Shown here: piece after piece, positions 39,925 to 53,270 of the stretch
Layout: every line of letters starts with the position of its first letter
Position numbering within the stretch: the first letter of the stretch is position 1
DNA from: Glaucostegus cemiculus
Lineage: Eukaryota
Reading direction: 5' to 3'
Assembly (NCBI GenBank): GCA_976551045.1
Contig: CDPCPM010000026.1
Location: 14,384,001-14,448,000 of the forward strand
Length of the DNA stretch: 64,000 nucleotides
Translations under genes and position numbers: made by a program
Notes under the pieces: model-generated
What the model was told of the DNA's origin: nothing
Databases searched by the model: none
Seen by the model: only the letters and a program-made list of their open reading frames with translations

Positions 39925-40470
39925 AAAATCACAGACTGGTTATAGCAAGGAAGGAGACTTCTGGCCCATTGAGTCTATGCAAAAGTAATCTAGCTAATCC
40001 TACCGCCAAGCCCTCTCATGGTTTTGCAAATTCTTTTTTTTTCAGATATTTATCTCACTCCCCTTTGAATAATACAATTCAATCTCCCTCCTCTGTTAAG
40101 CCTGGCACTGCACTGCAGGCTCTAAACATCTCCTATGTAACGTTTTTTATCACATGTTACTATTGGTTCTCATGGAAGTCGCCTTCATTCCATGTCCCTT
40201 GGTTCTTAACCCTTTTGCCAATGGGAAGTTTCCCTCCAATTACTCTGTCCACACGTTTACCCTTATTGACCCTCCTTGTTACTTCATCAAAAAACAATGT
40301 CAAGTTACTTCAACACAATTTGCCTTTAACAAATCCATGCTGGCTTGCTCTGATCAATCCACAGTTGTCCAAGAGACTGCTAGATCTATTCCTGATCATT
40401 GTTAACTGAACTTATCCACATCATCTGAAGTTACTGGCTTTCTCCCTACACCTTTTATGATTTCAAGTAT
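39925..40470 (-). mobile_element. Decayed CR1 fragments
   Basis: Reverse 3' hairpin ggaaggagacttctggcccattgagtct and RT-region tgcctttaacaaatccatgctggct. Confidence 0.6.
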
Positions 40471-40734
40471 CATTCTTACTCATTACAACACAGGAGGACA
40501 AACTCATGTTGTGAGCATTGGACAGACAATAAATAGAGTAAATCTCCAACAGTGATTACTGGATAGGAATCATGTAATGGAACTCTGGCAAGGAATTACC
40601 CTTTCTAAATCAGGGACAGTGTTTTCAATCACAACATCTAACTCCCAGCTTGGCTGAACAAAGCTGATTCAGTTCAATCAAGGATTAACTCTAGGATCTT
40701 CTAATTTTACATGGTTTATAGATTCAGTAGCATA

Positions 40735-41068
40735 ATTACTATGTTGCTGGACCAGCAATCCAGAGAACTGGATTAATGAGTTCATGAGTTCAAATAACAT
40801 TCATTCAAATTCCGCTGCAGCAGCTGGGGAATTTAAATTCAGTTAATTAAATAAATTCTAAAATAAAACAATTAGTATCAGTAATGGTGACTATGAAAAT
40901 AAATAACTGATTCAGGGAATGAAATCTTATCTGAAGCTTGTCCATTTCTGGTGTGGCCTGTAAGTAATTCCAGACTCATACAAAGTGGTTGATTCTCAAC
41001 CGTCTTCCGAGATGGCCCAACAGGAGTCAACTTTGTGAGCAACATTTACATCCTATGAATGAATAAAA
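40735..41068 (+). mobile_element. SINE-like element, same family as 39575-39917
   Basis: ctggaccagcaatccagag..gagttcaaat..gggaatttaaattcag..tcagtaatggtgactatgaaa..gtggttgattctcaac..catcctatgaatgaataaaa. Confidence 0.8.
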
Positions 41069-41504
41069 GTGAATGTAGTTTGGGCCTGGGTATTTGCCTG
41101 TAGAGTAATGTGGCCTCAGACAGAGTCTCACTGAGCTGATGGCCTGCAATCTATACATTGATATCTATACATTTTGATTATTGAAAAGTAATTGACATAT
41201 TGTTTAAGAAACAATGGCTAATACTCCTATTAAAAATGAAAAGAATCTGGTGGCGAATACTTGTACAGTAACATAAACTAATTGCTGAATGTGCTTACAA
41301 AAGATACCTGAAGACTTTGGACTCAGAACGTGTGTCAGCTTTTTAGAGTTACCATTGTTTTATTAATAATTTAAACGTTTATTCTAATGTCCCCCCTGAT
41401 CTCATCCTTCTTAATCTTATCATTCAGATAAGTAACAGGATTAACATTACTTTAAATAGAGGAGCAGCAATGGTGTCATTTGATTGTATTTTGCAAATAA
41501 TTGA

Positions 41505-41820
41505 AACACAGAAGATGCTATGGGGTACTTGAGTGCCTGAGGGGTCGATGTTAAGAAAATAGGTGAGCACCCTTTTAAGATAGAGGTGAGGTAAAGATTT
41601 TCTATGATGAACGCTCTTCGTCAAAGTGCAGCCATAGCACAGTCTTTGAATATTTTTAAGGGAAAGGTAGATGTAAACTTAATATGCTAAAGAGAGAAAG
41701 GTTAGCACCAGTAGACAGGAATGCGGAGTTGAGTTTCAATCAGATCAACCTTGATCTTACTAAATGGTGGGGCAGGCTTGGAAGGTCAAGCTGTCTAGCT
41801 CTGCACCTAATTCATATGTC
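41505..41820 (+). mobile_element. Old CR1 3' end
   Basis: ccttttaagatagaggtgagg..tttgaatatttttaagggaaaggtagat..cagatcaaccttgatcttactaaatggtggggcaggcttg. Confidence 0.75.
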
Positions 41821-44800
41821 TGCCTGTTTGTAAATTGGTAAAAATTGCCTATGATATTCACTCCACCACAAACACATGGCTCACCAACCCAATTCTGTAT
41901 TTCTTTCAGACTTAATTACAGAGCTGACTGTTTCGGTCACAAATTAACATTCGGAATCTACTGGAGTGAGTGCTTGGGATATTTCCATTATCAAATACAG
42001 AGCATCAACTGATGATAAGGATCTGGTAGGTAATGGTGATATTTGGGAAATGGGTAGAGTTGACAAAATAATGAGTGGTTAAAGGTTATGATTGGGAGGT
42101 GTGGTAGAAGTAAGAATTGGGTTAATAGATGGTGACTGAGGGAGCAGGTAGGACCAATTCCCGCAGGGGAAACAAATCCTGCAATTGATAATGGTAGGGG
42201 AGAGTTTTTAAGCAGGTGATGGGCTCTTATTTGCTTCAGGAAAACACCAAATTCCTGTTTCAGTTTGGAGCAAAGGATACCAAATTTTGACTGTCAGCAA
42301 TATGAGCAGCAACCTTCCTGCTCTCTTGAGTGTCAGCTGCCTACCTGCTCCACACAAGTCGCAGGAGACCACTGAGGACCTCAAATGCAGCCATGGCCTG
42401 AACAAATTTCCAGGCTGCAGAGTTTATTTTGTTCTAATTCAGCTGAGATGCAACGTAATTCAACTTGAGTTATTTCCATCCATGATATTCTTTCCCAGAA
42501 GGGAGGAAAAAGGTATTGTCGTGGGGAACACTGCTTTCAACACTCTTTCTCCCATCTTCTAGTGCCGTTTCTACTGAGCTGCAGTGTGAACTGCTTCAGG
42601 CTATTGAATCCAAAGATTTAGTGCTTCAAGTTGATTGTGGAATAGTGGAACAAATCAAACTCAAAACATGCAAACCATCACCAAAATGACCGCAATCACT
42701 ATAGACAGTGGCCATCATCTAGATTAATAATGCATTACCTATAATTCGGCAGATAGTTTTAAAGATTTTGCTTTACAGAAAATGGAATATAGAAATAACT
42801 ATGTAATTTCTTACTTTGAATTAGGTTTATATTTTGAGAATTCTTTTCATACTTACAATTTGACTGCAATGGTTGTAACTGCTTCTCCAGATGTAACATT
42901 ATATATGGTGATATTACCTTCATACATGTTATTACATGTATATATTTCTGATAAACAAATATTTTTGAAGATGAAGTTTGTTTTGACCTTCATTTGACCA
43001 AACACCATTAATACCTTCATTAAAAATATCTGCAAATCAGCTTAAAATTTGAAGATTTTATGCAGAAAAATGTACCTGGTATTATCCCATAAAGCTCTAA
43101 AACAGTCAAAAAGACTTGAATATTTAAATTGCATTATTTTCATTCTCACCATCTAGACTGCTGGATGTAGTTTAAATTTTCACCTGAAGTTAGCATAATT
43201 GTCTCATTTTACCCTACCCGCAGAATCATTACGATGATGAGCCCGACACATACTGACATATTTTGGCAGGAAAGTAGCCTGCATGCCAGTTATATTAGTT
43301 GTCTCCTTTTAACACTGTTTCTTTGAATGAGATCCAGGTATGTAGGCTGACAATGGGGATATTATCAGAATGGACTATGGTACCCGTGTAAGTCATTTGC
43401 AGAATCGTGTCCATGTTTTTATGCTAATTCAGAGGGAAACAGCAGTACTGTCCCTTGAATGACCTTTTGATGGCACTTGAGATCGTATAATGTTCAGTTA
43501 TTATAAATTCCATAATGCACCCCATTTCTCCTGGTTCTATTTATTTGATAAGTAAAGCCCCCAGGCTAGTCTACCAAATTCCAACAGGTTACAATAAGGG
43601 AAATAATATAGTAGAGTGAAATTGTTTTGGCTTCGTAAGTACAGAGAACTCAAAATATTGCAGTAAAATGTCATTATTGCTCATTTTTAATGAATTTGTC
43701 AACTACATTTTATGTTCAACGTAGTGAGCAACCTTGTTTTAATTACAAATTCAAAATAGCCTAATTCACTAACAATGAAAATGGCCATACATTTTAATAT
43801 GTAATTATTTATTTTAATTTTCACAGTAATAAAAGCAATCAACTACAAAATTACAGTGCTATGAGGTCAGAAACCACAGATGTCCACCAGTATTGTCGTT
43901 AAAACCTGCAACAGCTAAAGTTTAGGTAGCCTAAAGTAAATGCAGGAACTACAGTTCCAAGGCCGTTACGCACAGCCTGTAAATTCTGAAGTAAATCCTG
44001 AACTCCATTTAGAACAGGGGCTAAATATTACCCGCCAACGACACTGAAACTATATTCATTCTATAGAAACAACACACAGTCCTAAAAGTATATCAATAGA
44101 ATCCCTTGTTCCACTTTATTTGTGCTAAGTAACTAGAAGTAAATGTACCCTGATAGTATTTTTCAGTAAAAGGTCAACATTTTTAATGCCACAAATACTT
44201 AGTAACTGCCGCTATAGTCTTGGTTTTAAAGATATTTAATTTGCTTCTTTCTGTCCTTTGATTCTTGTCATCCTTCCTCCTCAGCCTCACCATTTCAAAC
44301 CTCTTGCCAAAAGAACAAAAGTAGGTTAATACCAAATATTATGAATTGGTATAGCCTTAAGACTCTGGGCTCCTAAAAGTTCAACAAATACTCCGACAAA
44401 TGCTTCTAATATTGAATTTAATAGAAAGCAGAGAAGATACAGTTCCACTGGTGCATAGCAGATAGTACTTTCGTTTCCTGAGTGTTTCGTTCTAAGATGC
44501 AGTGGCCTTAACATTTGAGGGGTTCCCCTGTTATAAAAGCTGAGAAGTAGAGTCACTGTAACCCACAAATCAGAGTCACTTATTCTGAGCTGTCTATGTC
44601 TCTCCCATCGAAGTTACCGTGTTATCAAACTACACACCTTCATGAAATATTGCCCTCTAAGCCTCTGCTGCAGTATTATAAAGATTCAGCACTGTTGATC
44701 ATTTGTTCTTTGATGTATTTGTGGCTCTCCTCATTGATAATGAACATCACAGGGCAGAAATTATAAATAATTAGCAGGAACCCCAGCTATTGAGGAAATT

Positions 44801-45019
44801 GGTGTTTTCAGACCAAGACCTGAGATCTAGCACCCAGATCATAATCTGCCCTCCTGTTGCTTCAGGGATATAGAGAGTCAATGGGAAGCAGGAAGCACCA
44901 GAAGGAACTAAAGAAATACTACCAAGGCTCTCACCAAAGGAGAGGCAACGTAAATGTCCTCCCCCCAGGCCAACATCCCAGTATTGAGGCTTTGAATGCA
45001 CTTGACTATCTGCAATAGG

Positions 45020-45400
45020 TAAGCTACATCATCTACATGTCTGGTACCAAGTTCCCAAAACAAGCATCATACTCTGAAATGTGTCAGAGCAAGAGGTTTC
45101 CAGGACAGAGAAAACACTTCAAGAATATGCTCAAAATCTCTTGCAAAAAATGTAGCAGCCTCACCAACTCTTGGGAATCCCTGGTCTGTGACCAATCAAA
45201 ACTGAGACAGACCATGCAAAAAAATTACTGAGAACCTCAAGCCTCTGTGACAGCAGGAAGCAGATACCATCTGCATACATTGGGAAGAGAGCACAAACGA
45301 TACATGTACTGGTTTAACACCTGTGGCAGAATCTACAGATATCACATGGAAAGAAATGGAGAAGAGGAAGGAGAACCCTTGGTACACCAAGCCCCAAGGT
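45020..45400 (+). mobile_element. RTE LINE 3' fragment
   Basis: MSGTKFPKQASYSEMCQSKRFPGQRKHFKNMLKISCKKC..SWESLVCDQSKLR matches RTE MPD.RLPKQ..YSEL..GKR..GGQRKRFKD.LK. Confidence 0.85.
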
Positions 45401-45699
45401 TATTTAACAAAAACTTTCCCTTCTTTTGCTTCCTTCTTACTGTCACAGTTAATAAAATCTTCAATGTCACTAAACTGCCCTGATTAAACAACCTTGTAAG
45501 CATGAAACATGATTGTAATATATTAGGATAAGGTGCACTAGACATATATATATTTCTAGCGCTTCAAATGGTTCTCACTTATATTTATCCTACCTTAAAA
45601 TGAAATAATTACTTTGGCAACATTGAAAATGAATCTACAGAACAGTACTGTTAAGTGGGCTCTGCAGATACTATACACAAACACACACAGGCACGGAAA

Positions 45700-47800
45700 A
45701 GAATAGTTTAAATAACCCTTTTGCTACACAATATTGTCTGCCACAATTTTCTGTCGAGAACAGTTGGTTCAGCTGTAATTAGTGGCTAAACTGCTTTGGT
45801 AGCCAATAGGGCTTGGTCAATGCTTTATGAAACATCAGCCCACTAATCTCACTCAACGCCAATGCAGGACAGGATGGAGTTTGTGAGGAAAGACAGGACA
45901 GGGCAGCTGCAAATTAAAACCCATTTGCGGCCATCAGGAGGTTAAATGATGCATTGTCGGACGGTAAGATTTCAATGGCATGCTGGCTCAAGCAGTATTT
46001 AATTTTTTTTACTCTCAATCACAGAAAGCCCCTCATAGCCAAATCTGCAGCTGCACACAGTAAACAACAAACAAACTCATTTCCATCACTGGCACTGATG
46101 CTCGGATAAAACTGCTTGAGCAGAATACACGCACAGATGCAAACTCTCACCTGAGCCTCATCCTGCCCTCCATTTGGCCCCACTAAGTTAATATCGTTGT
46201 TACAAAGCTATTGGTCTCTTGGTATTGTGCTGGCTCAATAGTGAAGCTGCTTTTCCAGCTAATCTGACAACTCTGATCCAAGAAGCATCAAGGGCCCAAT
46301 TAAGGAGACACATCTTATCAAAGAGCTTATTTTGCATAACAGAATACAAATGAAGAATAAAAATTTAATGTTTTAATAACTTCAGACAAATAGGACTATT
46401 GATATGGAATGCTTTGAGTTTTTTATGGCTGCTGTCAGATTCATGATGAAACTGTTATTTAGGAACACTTGGCAAAACACTGGAAAATCTTGCAGTAATG
46501 GTGTGTGCATGATAACACATTAAATCTTGATGGACGTGTATCTATGTGCATGCCGCTCAAGCAGCTTGTTTATCTGTGCAGCATTGTTTCTCTTTGTTAA
46601 AAATGCCTTCACCTAATGAGACTGGCACATTCAATTTTTAAAATCATAATCAATAAGACCTGTTTATGATTAGCTTGCAAAACCGTCAATATAGAAGTTA
46701 AAAAATAAAATTGGCACATGACTCCAGGTCCTTTAGTAGAATGCAAAAGTGCTAAATCTTCGGAGCTAAAGTTTTACTGTTGTGTTATGACCGAAAATGC
46801 CTTGTCAGCCATCTGTCAGTTTCTCTTCTAACAGCCATATTTCCAAACCTACTAAACACCGAGAACACTTGGCCATGAAAGGCCACCTCTACAATTAAAC
46901 AGGCAGCTTCCACAGTGGTGGCGAGGGCATGTTGGAACGTAACTGTGTTATTAATTTCAAAGTCCATAAAGAAAAGCTACGACCCTGTCATCTTGACGGA
47001 CTGGCAGTTTAATGTATTATAAACTGCTAAACTCTGGAAAAACACAATGCACCCACATTGCAGATTGGAATAAATGCTAATCAAGGCTGATTAATCAGCT
47101 GCTAATTCCACTGATCCAAAAAGGTTAAAGAGTCAATGGTGTAAAATTAGCTCTTTCTCATGTGTCCCTTTGCATTTGGAGAAACTGATTGTTCATTTGC
47201 ATCATTTCTGAATGTTTACACAGTGAATAAAGAAGAGACCCTTTGTGTGATATTTGCAATTCATCTTTCATTTCTGTCTGTTCCTGTCGAGCTTTGAACC
47301 ATGCCTGCTTTGAAGCTATTTGTTTCAGAAGCAGATCAGAATGTTTCTCTGACTGTTTAAAATCCCATGCTAAAAAAAAAGCTTGAAGTTTAAAAGCAGT
47401 TCAATGCTTGTGGACTTGTTTTGAGTCCCTGGTTTTCTTCAATGCACTGTTCCTCCATTCTACAGAAGCTCTGAAGGAATGCTCTCTAGTGGACTGCAGC
47501 CTGTCACATCCCCCTGTCAAGCGTCTGATAATTAAAATCTGACTGATTTATTGACTGGCATCAACAAACACAGCTCAAGAGTTATATGATGTTCATCCTT
47601 CCCAAGGCTAAATTTACTTGGCAAAGGAGGCACCCTTTGCTCCTTACTTGAGCTATCATTTAGCTGCTGAGGAGGTACAAAGACAGCTAACAGAGATGCG
47701 GACATGCTCTTTATTTTAGTCTAATATTTACTACACTCCAGCAAATAAACAAACTGCTGTTCAGTCAGTGCTGACTAAATGGCATCAATGATGTGTGCAA
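45700..47800. promoter_or_regulatory. Putative developmental enhancer cluster (TE-free, Pbx-Hox/Meis motifs)
   Basis: About 2 kb without recognisable repeats, CpGs retained, several CTGTCA/TGACA and TAAT motifs. TGATTTATTG at 47544 lies beside CTGTCA at 47501 and 47514. Confidence 0.4.
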
Positions 47801-50019
47801 GATAGTGATGTTTGAAGCTGGCCTGCTGAGTGACCAGAAAGCACACAGCGTACAATAAAGCAATTCCTCCTAAGTATTTCTGCCATGTTGAATCAAAATC
47901 CGGGGAAAAAAAACCAGGAAATATGAGTGCCTTTACAGCAAAAAGAGCTGGTCTATTTTTTTGTTGCTAACTGTTAATGAAAGCATATTTTTAAATGTTC
48001 AATTCTTGTATTTTGTTAGTGGCAATATAAAATACACCAATACAAGGCATCTGTAATTATCATTTAATGCTTCCCAAGAAACCAATGATACTGCAAAAAT
48101 CATCTATTCAGTATTGGAATGTGCAACCATTGTAGGGAGTGGCTGAATATCAAGTAATAAAATTCCAGTTTGCTCACTAGGCATTACTTGTGCCCAGATT
48201 CTTAGCTTTTCTTCCTCAAGATTGGGTATTTTTTATCATTGGAAGGAGTTTCTACGTACCTGCCAGATCAAATTATACTGATGCTCAATCCTCAGAGTGC
48301 AAGGTTCCCATTGCAATGGCAGAGGGATTTGCAAAGTCTGAAGCACCTAACCCCAATGGCTTTCCCAAGACTGAATAATTTGCATACTATTAGCAGGAGC
48401 TCATGACAGCAGAGTTCTTGGATCCAGGTCAATGTTCCCTGTCCACTCCCTAACCCACCACTGACACTGAGGACAACTTGAACTTGACAACTGGAAATTG
48501 CTCTCTACCCTGATCAAGTACCTTATCTACTCCCTGGCCAGGTGTCTATCCAGCACAGCCTTCCTCTGATGATACCAAATCAAAATGTCCTGGATAAAGT
48601 AATGGCACACTGAAACATGACATAAATGCTTAGGCAGAACATCGATAGACCTGACTCAACCTGATCAGAGAGCTTGGTCTCACACAGGCTCTAGCTGGTA
48701 TCACAACCTCACACCATTCCCTACAAAACCCTTTGTCCCCCAGTGGCTAATGGTCAGGAAGCTCCAGTTCTATCCAGCCACTGGGAGCATGCCTCATTTC
48801 TGGCCAATAGAATAAGTCTATAAGCCTTAACATTCCTTTGAAATATTCCCCTTTGATTGAACTCCAAGTGAAGTAAAATACAATGGTTTGGTTTGACTAA
48901 TCAGCTTTGAAGTGTTGTATGACTTTCTCTAGTCAAAGAAGCGCTTAATGAGAAAATGAGATGTTTTAACCTTTTATTCATGAATCCAGTTTGATAAGTA
49001 GATTCAGTGCTGAATGTAGAATTACACCTTCATTCCACTATTTATAAGCATTCCCACTTTTTCTAGCTAAGATTAATATAGACAGGGATTGAGGTTGCAA
49101 AGTCCTTACAAATGCCAAAAGCAGTCAAATGTGGATAATCTCAAATTAGTAAAGATGACAAACTGTATTGAAATCATAAGTGTGATGGGAGTTTGGAATA
49201 GTTCAGATCAATTTTCATTTGGATTTATGCTATTTCCTTTTGATCATTAACAGTGGGGCTCAACATCATATTACCCCACCTTGAAGCTATTTTCAATACA
49301 CTTTCACTCTAACAACACCCGGAAAGACTCTTCTCCATGCCTTTTCCTCTCCTTTTCTATTAGTTCAAACTGAGATATAGCTTTGCCCCTCCAGGCATTT
49401 TTTAAGCATGAGCCCAGATAATGAATGTTGACAGGTATTCAATTATTGGAGGTGTCATCACTACTGTTGACCCAGCCATCATCCAATAAACACATTAATG
49501 CACTCTGCAGCAGGGTCACTGCCTTTCTGCTAGCATTTGGAAGCTAGCTGATTTCTGTCCTGCTGAAGAGGATGACAATCATCAGTGATTGAGATGGGTT
49601 AACATAGCACAAGAGAAGTTTGAACTTGGGGATTCTATGATTCAGTCCCATTTATACATAATGCATCCACTTGCTAACCATTGGGTGACTTTGGTTCTCT
49701 ATTTCTTTATTCTCTCAGCATCAATAGTTTTCCTGGGTACAGATTTTTTACAGGAAGGAAATGATTACCTTTCAGGCATACTCAAACCATCTGATTTACG
49801 AAAGGTTTTGGAAAGGGAATCTGTCATTTTGACACTGTTTTTAACTCCAGATCAACAGCAATGTAATTGACCCTTGACTCTTGATTCTTGACTCCCCCTT
49901 GAATTAGCCTAGGAAAACACTCATTTGCGTAACCTGTTGTAACAGAAGACTGGACTTTCCCCCAAAATATTGATTCTGTCCTTCTGGGATTGTCAACATT
50001 TCCCTCCATAAATATATGT

Positions 50020-50397
50020 TTAGACTCAGCAAGCTCCATCACGGCCACAACCCTCCCCATCATCGAGGACATCTTCAAGAGGCGGTGCCTCAAGAAAGTG
50101 GCATCTAACATTAAGGACCCTCACCATCCGGGACACACTCTCTTCTCGTTACTACCATCAGGGAGGAGGTACAGGGGCCTGAAGACCCACACTCAAGAGG
50201 AACAACTTCTTCCCCTCTGCCATCAGATTTCTGAATGATCCATGAACCCATGAACATTACCTTGTTATTCCCTTATTTTCACACTATTTATTTATTTTTG
50301 TAATTTATAGATTTTATGCCTTTGCACTGTTCTGCTGCCACAAAACAATAAATTTCACATCATATGTCAGTGATAATAAACCTGATTCTGATTCTGA
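50020..50397 (+). mobile_element. Rex1/Babar LINE 3' end
   Basis: DSASSITATTLPIIEDIFKRRCLKKVASNIKDPHHPGHTLFSLLPSGRRYRGLKT, then aataaa and a (GATTCT)n tail. Confidence 0.92.
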
Positions 50398-52139
50398 GAA
50401 TTCAGGCACAGGTTTGCACAAGTGCAGGGAAGTCTTGCGCTCCCAGAAAGGGGCTCAATGGTGGTTTGTCCAATGCTCACTGAAGTTAGATTTCTCACTG
50501 ATTTTAGTGGCAGATCACTGGCCACCCTAATTCCCAGCAATTAATTCTGGGAAATCTGCCTGCTAAAATTGTGCCAGTTTAGATGGTGCACAGTTAGTGA
50601 TTCCATTCATTACAGTGAAGAGAAATACTGTGAGGTGGTTTTAGGTGGTTACCTTTTTTTTATTCATTCTGAAAACTTAAATGTTTTCAGTTTCTTTTAA
50701 GTGTTTTTATTCACTTTCTTCTTTAAAAAGTATAGCACTTTTGAAACAACTAATATTGTTGTCAATTGTTAATAAGTCTTCAATTGTGAACGTCTGACAC
50801 AATTCAACAGTTGAATGAGTTTGTGGACGTGACTTAGTTGGTGTCAAAACTTTTCTGTGGGTGGGTTTTTTCCAGGCTATATGTGAGATTCCATTATTCA
50901 ATGTCTCACCATAAGACTGGAATTGGCTTGGTTAAGGAAGATGCCAGCTGAAAATCCACTCAAGATATGTGCAGATCTAACAGGTAGAGGAGTAAAGAGC
51001 CCTGTATGAGCAAGTTGGTGGAGGGGTTAGGGGAGAGGGGTTGAGAGAAGGAAACAGACCTTCCCTAATAATCAGAGATTAGAGAGACACACAAACATTG
51101 ATTCCATAACGTGAGAGCATGTTTCTCCAAAAAATGACAAACTTAACTTCTGGTGCACTCTACTATTCTTCCATATGAAGCAAGCTAACTGTGCAAAGAA
51201 TTCAAATCCAAATAATAGTAAATCTCACCTTTCTTTATCATGAAGGCAGAAAAAGCATTTTCAATGCATGAAAGATATATCACTGTATCAACATGCACAC
51301 CAAACATTCCAAGGCATAAATGACTATGCCATATAAAAGAATGAGTTCCCTATGCTCAGATTTTTGGGTAATGGACAGGCTTAATGAAGATTAATTCTTC
51401 AGGCATTTATTATAGCCTGGCCTGAAATAGTTTGTGTTTTGATATCTAGATTTAGCTTCAAGCTTCCAGTTTCAGTAACAAGTCTTCAAAAGCTGAAAGC
51501 CAAATAAACTGGAGTGCAAGATCCTAATAGTAACTGTAATGTTGCTCCTGACTGTTTCAGACTAAAGGTGAAGCTTGAACAAAGTTAATCTATTGATATG
51601 ACTGATATCCAAATGGTGCTGTTCTAATAATAGGTTGAATGGCAGGCACTGAGAGAGAGCAAAGAAAATAAAATATCTTCGCGCTAATATGGCAGGGCAT
51701 TGAGGTCAGCTGGATAGTTGCCCCCTGCCACCTGCCAGTAATAGCAAACCCTGTCTGCAAGATCAGGTCATTTACATAATGAAGCCAATTTCACCAATGT
51801 GCACTCCTGCAGCATAGCCTTACTCACTGGGAGCACAGATCAAGAAACGGCAGGCAGCCCCCATGATTTCCCAGGAGGAGCGCCGTCCAACCAGGCTCCC
51901 AACCAAGCAATGGTGTTGTAACATGAATCCTCTTAAATTCAGACTTCCACAAAATGTTCACATATTTGTACAAGTTCTCCAGCTATGGAAAGGAAGAATC
52001 ACATAAATTTATATAAAATTCATATAAAAGTAAAGCCCTGATTAATATACACGTGTAGCTAGATAAAGGATTAAATGATTCAAAATCTGTGAAAGACTAG
52101 AATATGTTAACCTTTGAACAAGCTGTTTTAGATAAAAAG

Positions 52140-52260
52140 GAGGATCTTTAACCTGAAATGTTGACTATATTTCACTCTCAATATATCCTACCTGATTTGC
52201 TGACTATCCCCAACGATCGCTGTCTTTATTTCAGGTTTCCAGCATCTGTAGCATTTTTGG
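52140..52260 (+). mobile_element. Penelope-derived terminal-repeat fragment
   Basis: aacctgaaatgttgact..cctgatttgctgactat..tttatttcaggtttccagcatctgtag matches the right arm and tail of the 53030 element. Confidence 0.6.
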
Positions 52261-52609
52261 TTGGCACTTACTATGTAGGACAATATTCTTCATTGCAAGA
52301 CCAACAAGGTAATAGGAGCTCCCATCCACCTTAAATGAAGCTCCAACAAGAGCCAGGGACCAGAATATAGCCGGGAATGGGGGCAGTGTGGTGGCAGAAC
52401 ACTGGGAAGAATGGGACCAAGTGGAGCCAGGGGACGGAGCATGACCAGGAGTAGGGATGGCTATGTGGGGAAGGGATGCTGCCATGAGCCAGGGCATGGA
52501 GTGTGGGTAGGATCAGGAGCTGGAATGTGGTAACTCTTTTTGAACAGCTGAGTGCCTCCAACATTTGCTGTTTTTGTTGTTTACAGAGAGAGAAAGAGAG
52601 AACCATTAA

Positions 52610-52920
52610 TGAGCAGTAATAGAATTAATGTAACTGTCACAATGAAGGCTTTTTTTGTCAAAGTGGCCCCCAGCTGCAACATTTGAAAATCACTGGTCTA
52701 GGTCAAAAATGGTTGGAAAATAAATGCCAAGACACAAAAGAGAGATTGAAGAGACTGAAGTGAAGTACCACCTGATTTCTGCTTGGTGATTGGCAAATGA
52801 TGTGGCTGATGCTTTGGGAGACCAGCTGTTCTGCTTGATCCTCCAGTGATCTCACACAACTCCACAACACATGGTGAAGGGTGAGAACAGGCAAAGCTAA
52901 GAAGAGCTTCAGATGCAGGA
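52610..52920 (+). pseudogene. Highly decayed Harbinger transposase C-terminal remnant
   Basis: Collinear CHNEGF (~CHDAF), GW, ETEVKY (~EAE.RYN), VI..LLDP (~CLDR) and LHN in mixed frames. Confidence 0.35.
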
Positions 52921-53029
52921 CAAGATGGCAAACTTTCAGGCGTCAGTCAAGGTAGGACAACTGAACAGCACCTGATGGAAAGGACGTGGCCCAGAATTGT
53001 TGGCTGTTAGGCACTGTCTCCCCATACAG

Positions 53030-53270
53030 AAACAGAAAATGCTGGAAATACTCAGCAGATCAGGCTGCATCTGTGTGAAGAGAAACAGAGTCAATGTTTC
53101 AGGTTGGAGACTTTTTGTCAGAACTGGTGATGAAGACAAAGGTCTTCTGACGAAGGGTGTCCAACATGAAACATTAACTCTGTTTCTCTTCTCACAGATG
53201 CAGCCTGATCTGCTGAGTATTTCCAGCATTTTCTGTTTTTATTTTAGATTTCCAGTATCTACAGTTATTT
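53030..53270. mobile_element. Penelope-derived near-perfect palindrome (94-bp arms, 21-bp spacer) with hammerhead-like cores
   Basis: Arms 53030-53123 and 53145-53238 have 7 mismatches by manual count. CTGACGA at 53147 and GAAA at 53168 on the plus strand. Confidence 0.9.

Noticed and set aside
48420-48800. Possible LF-SINE-like ancient SINE
   Set aside because: Could not be aligned convincingly to any consensus I recall.
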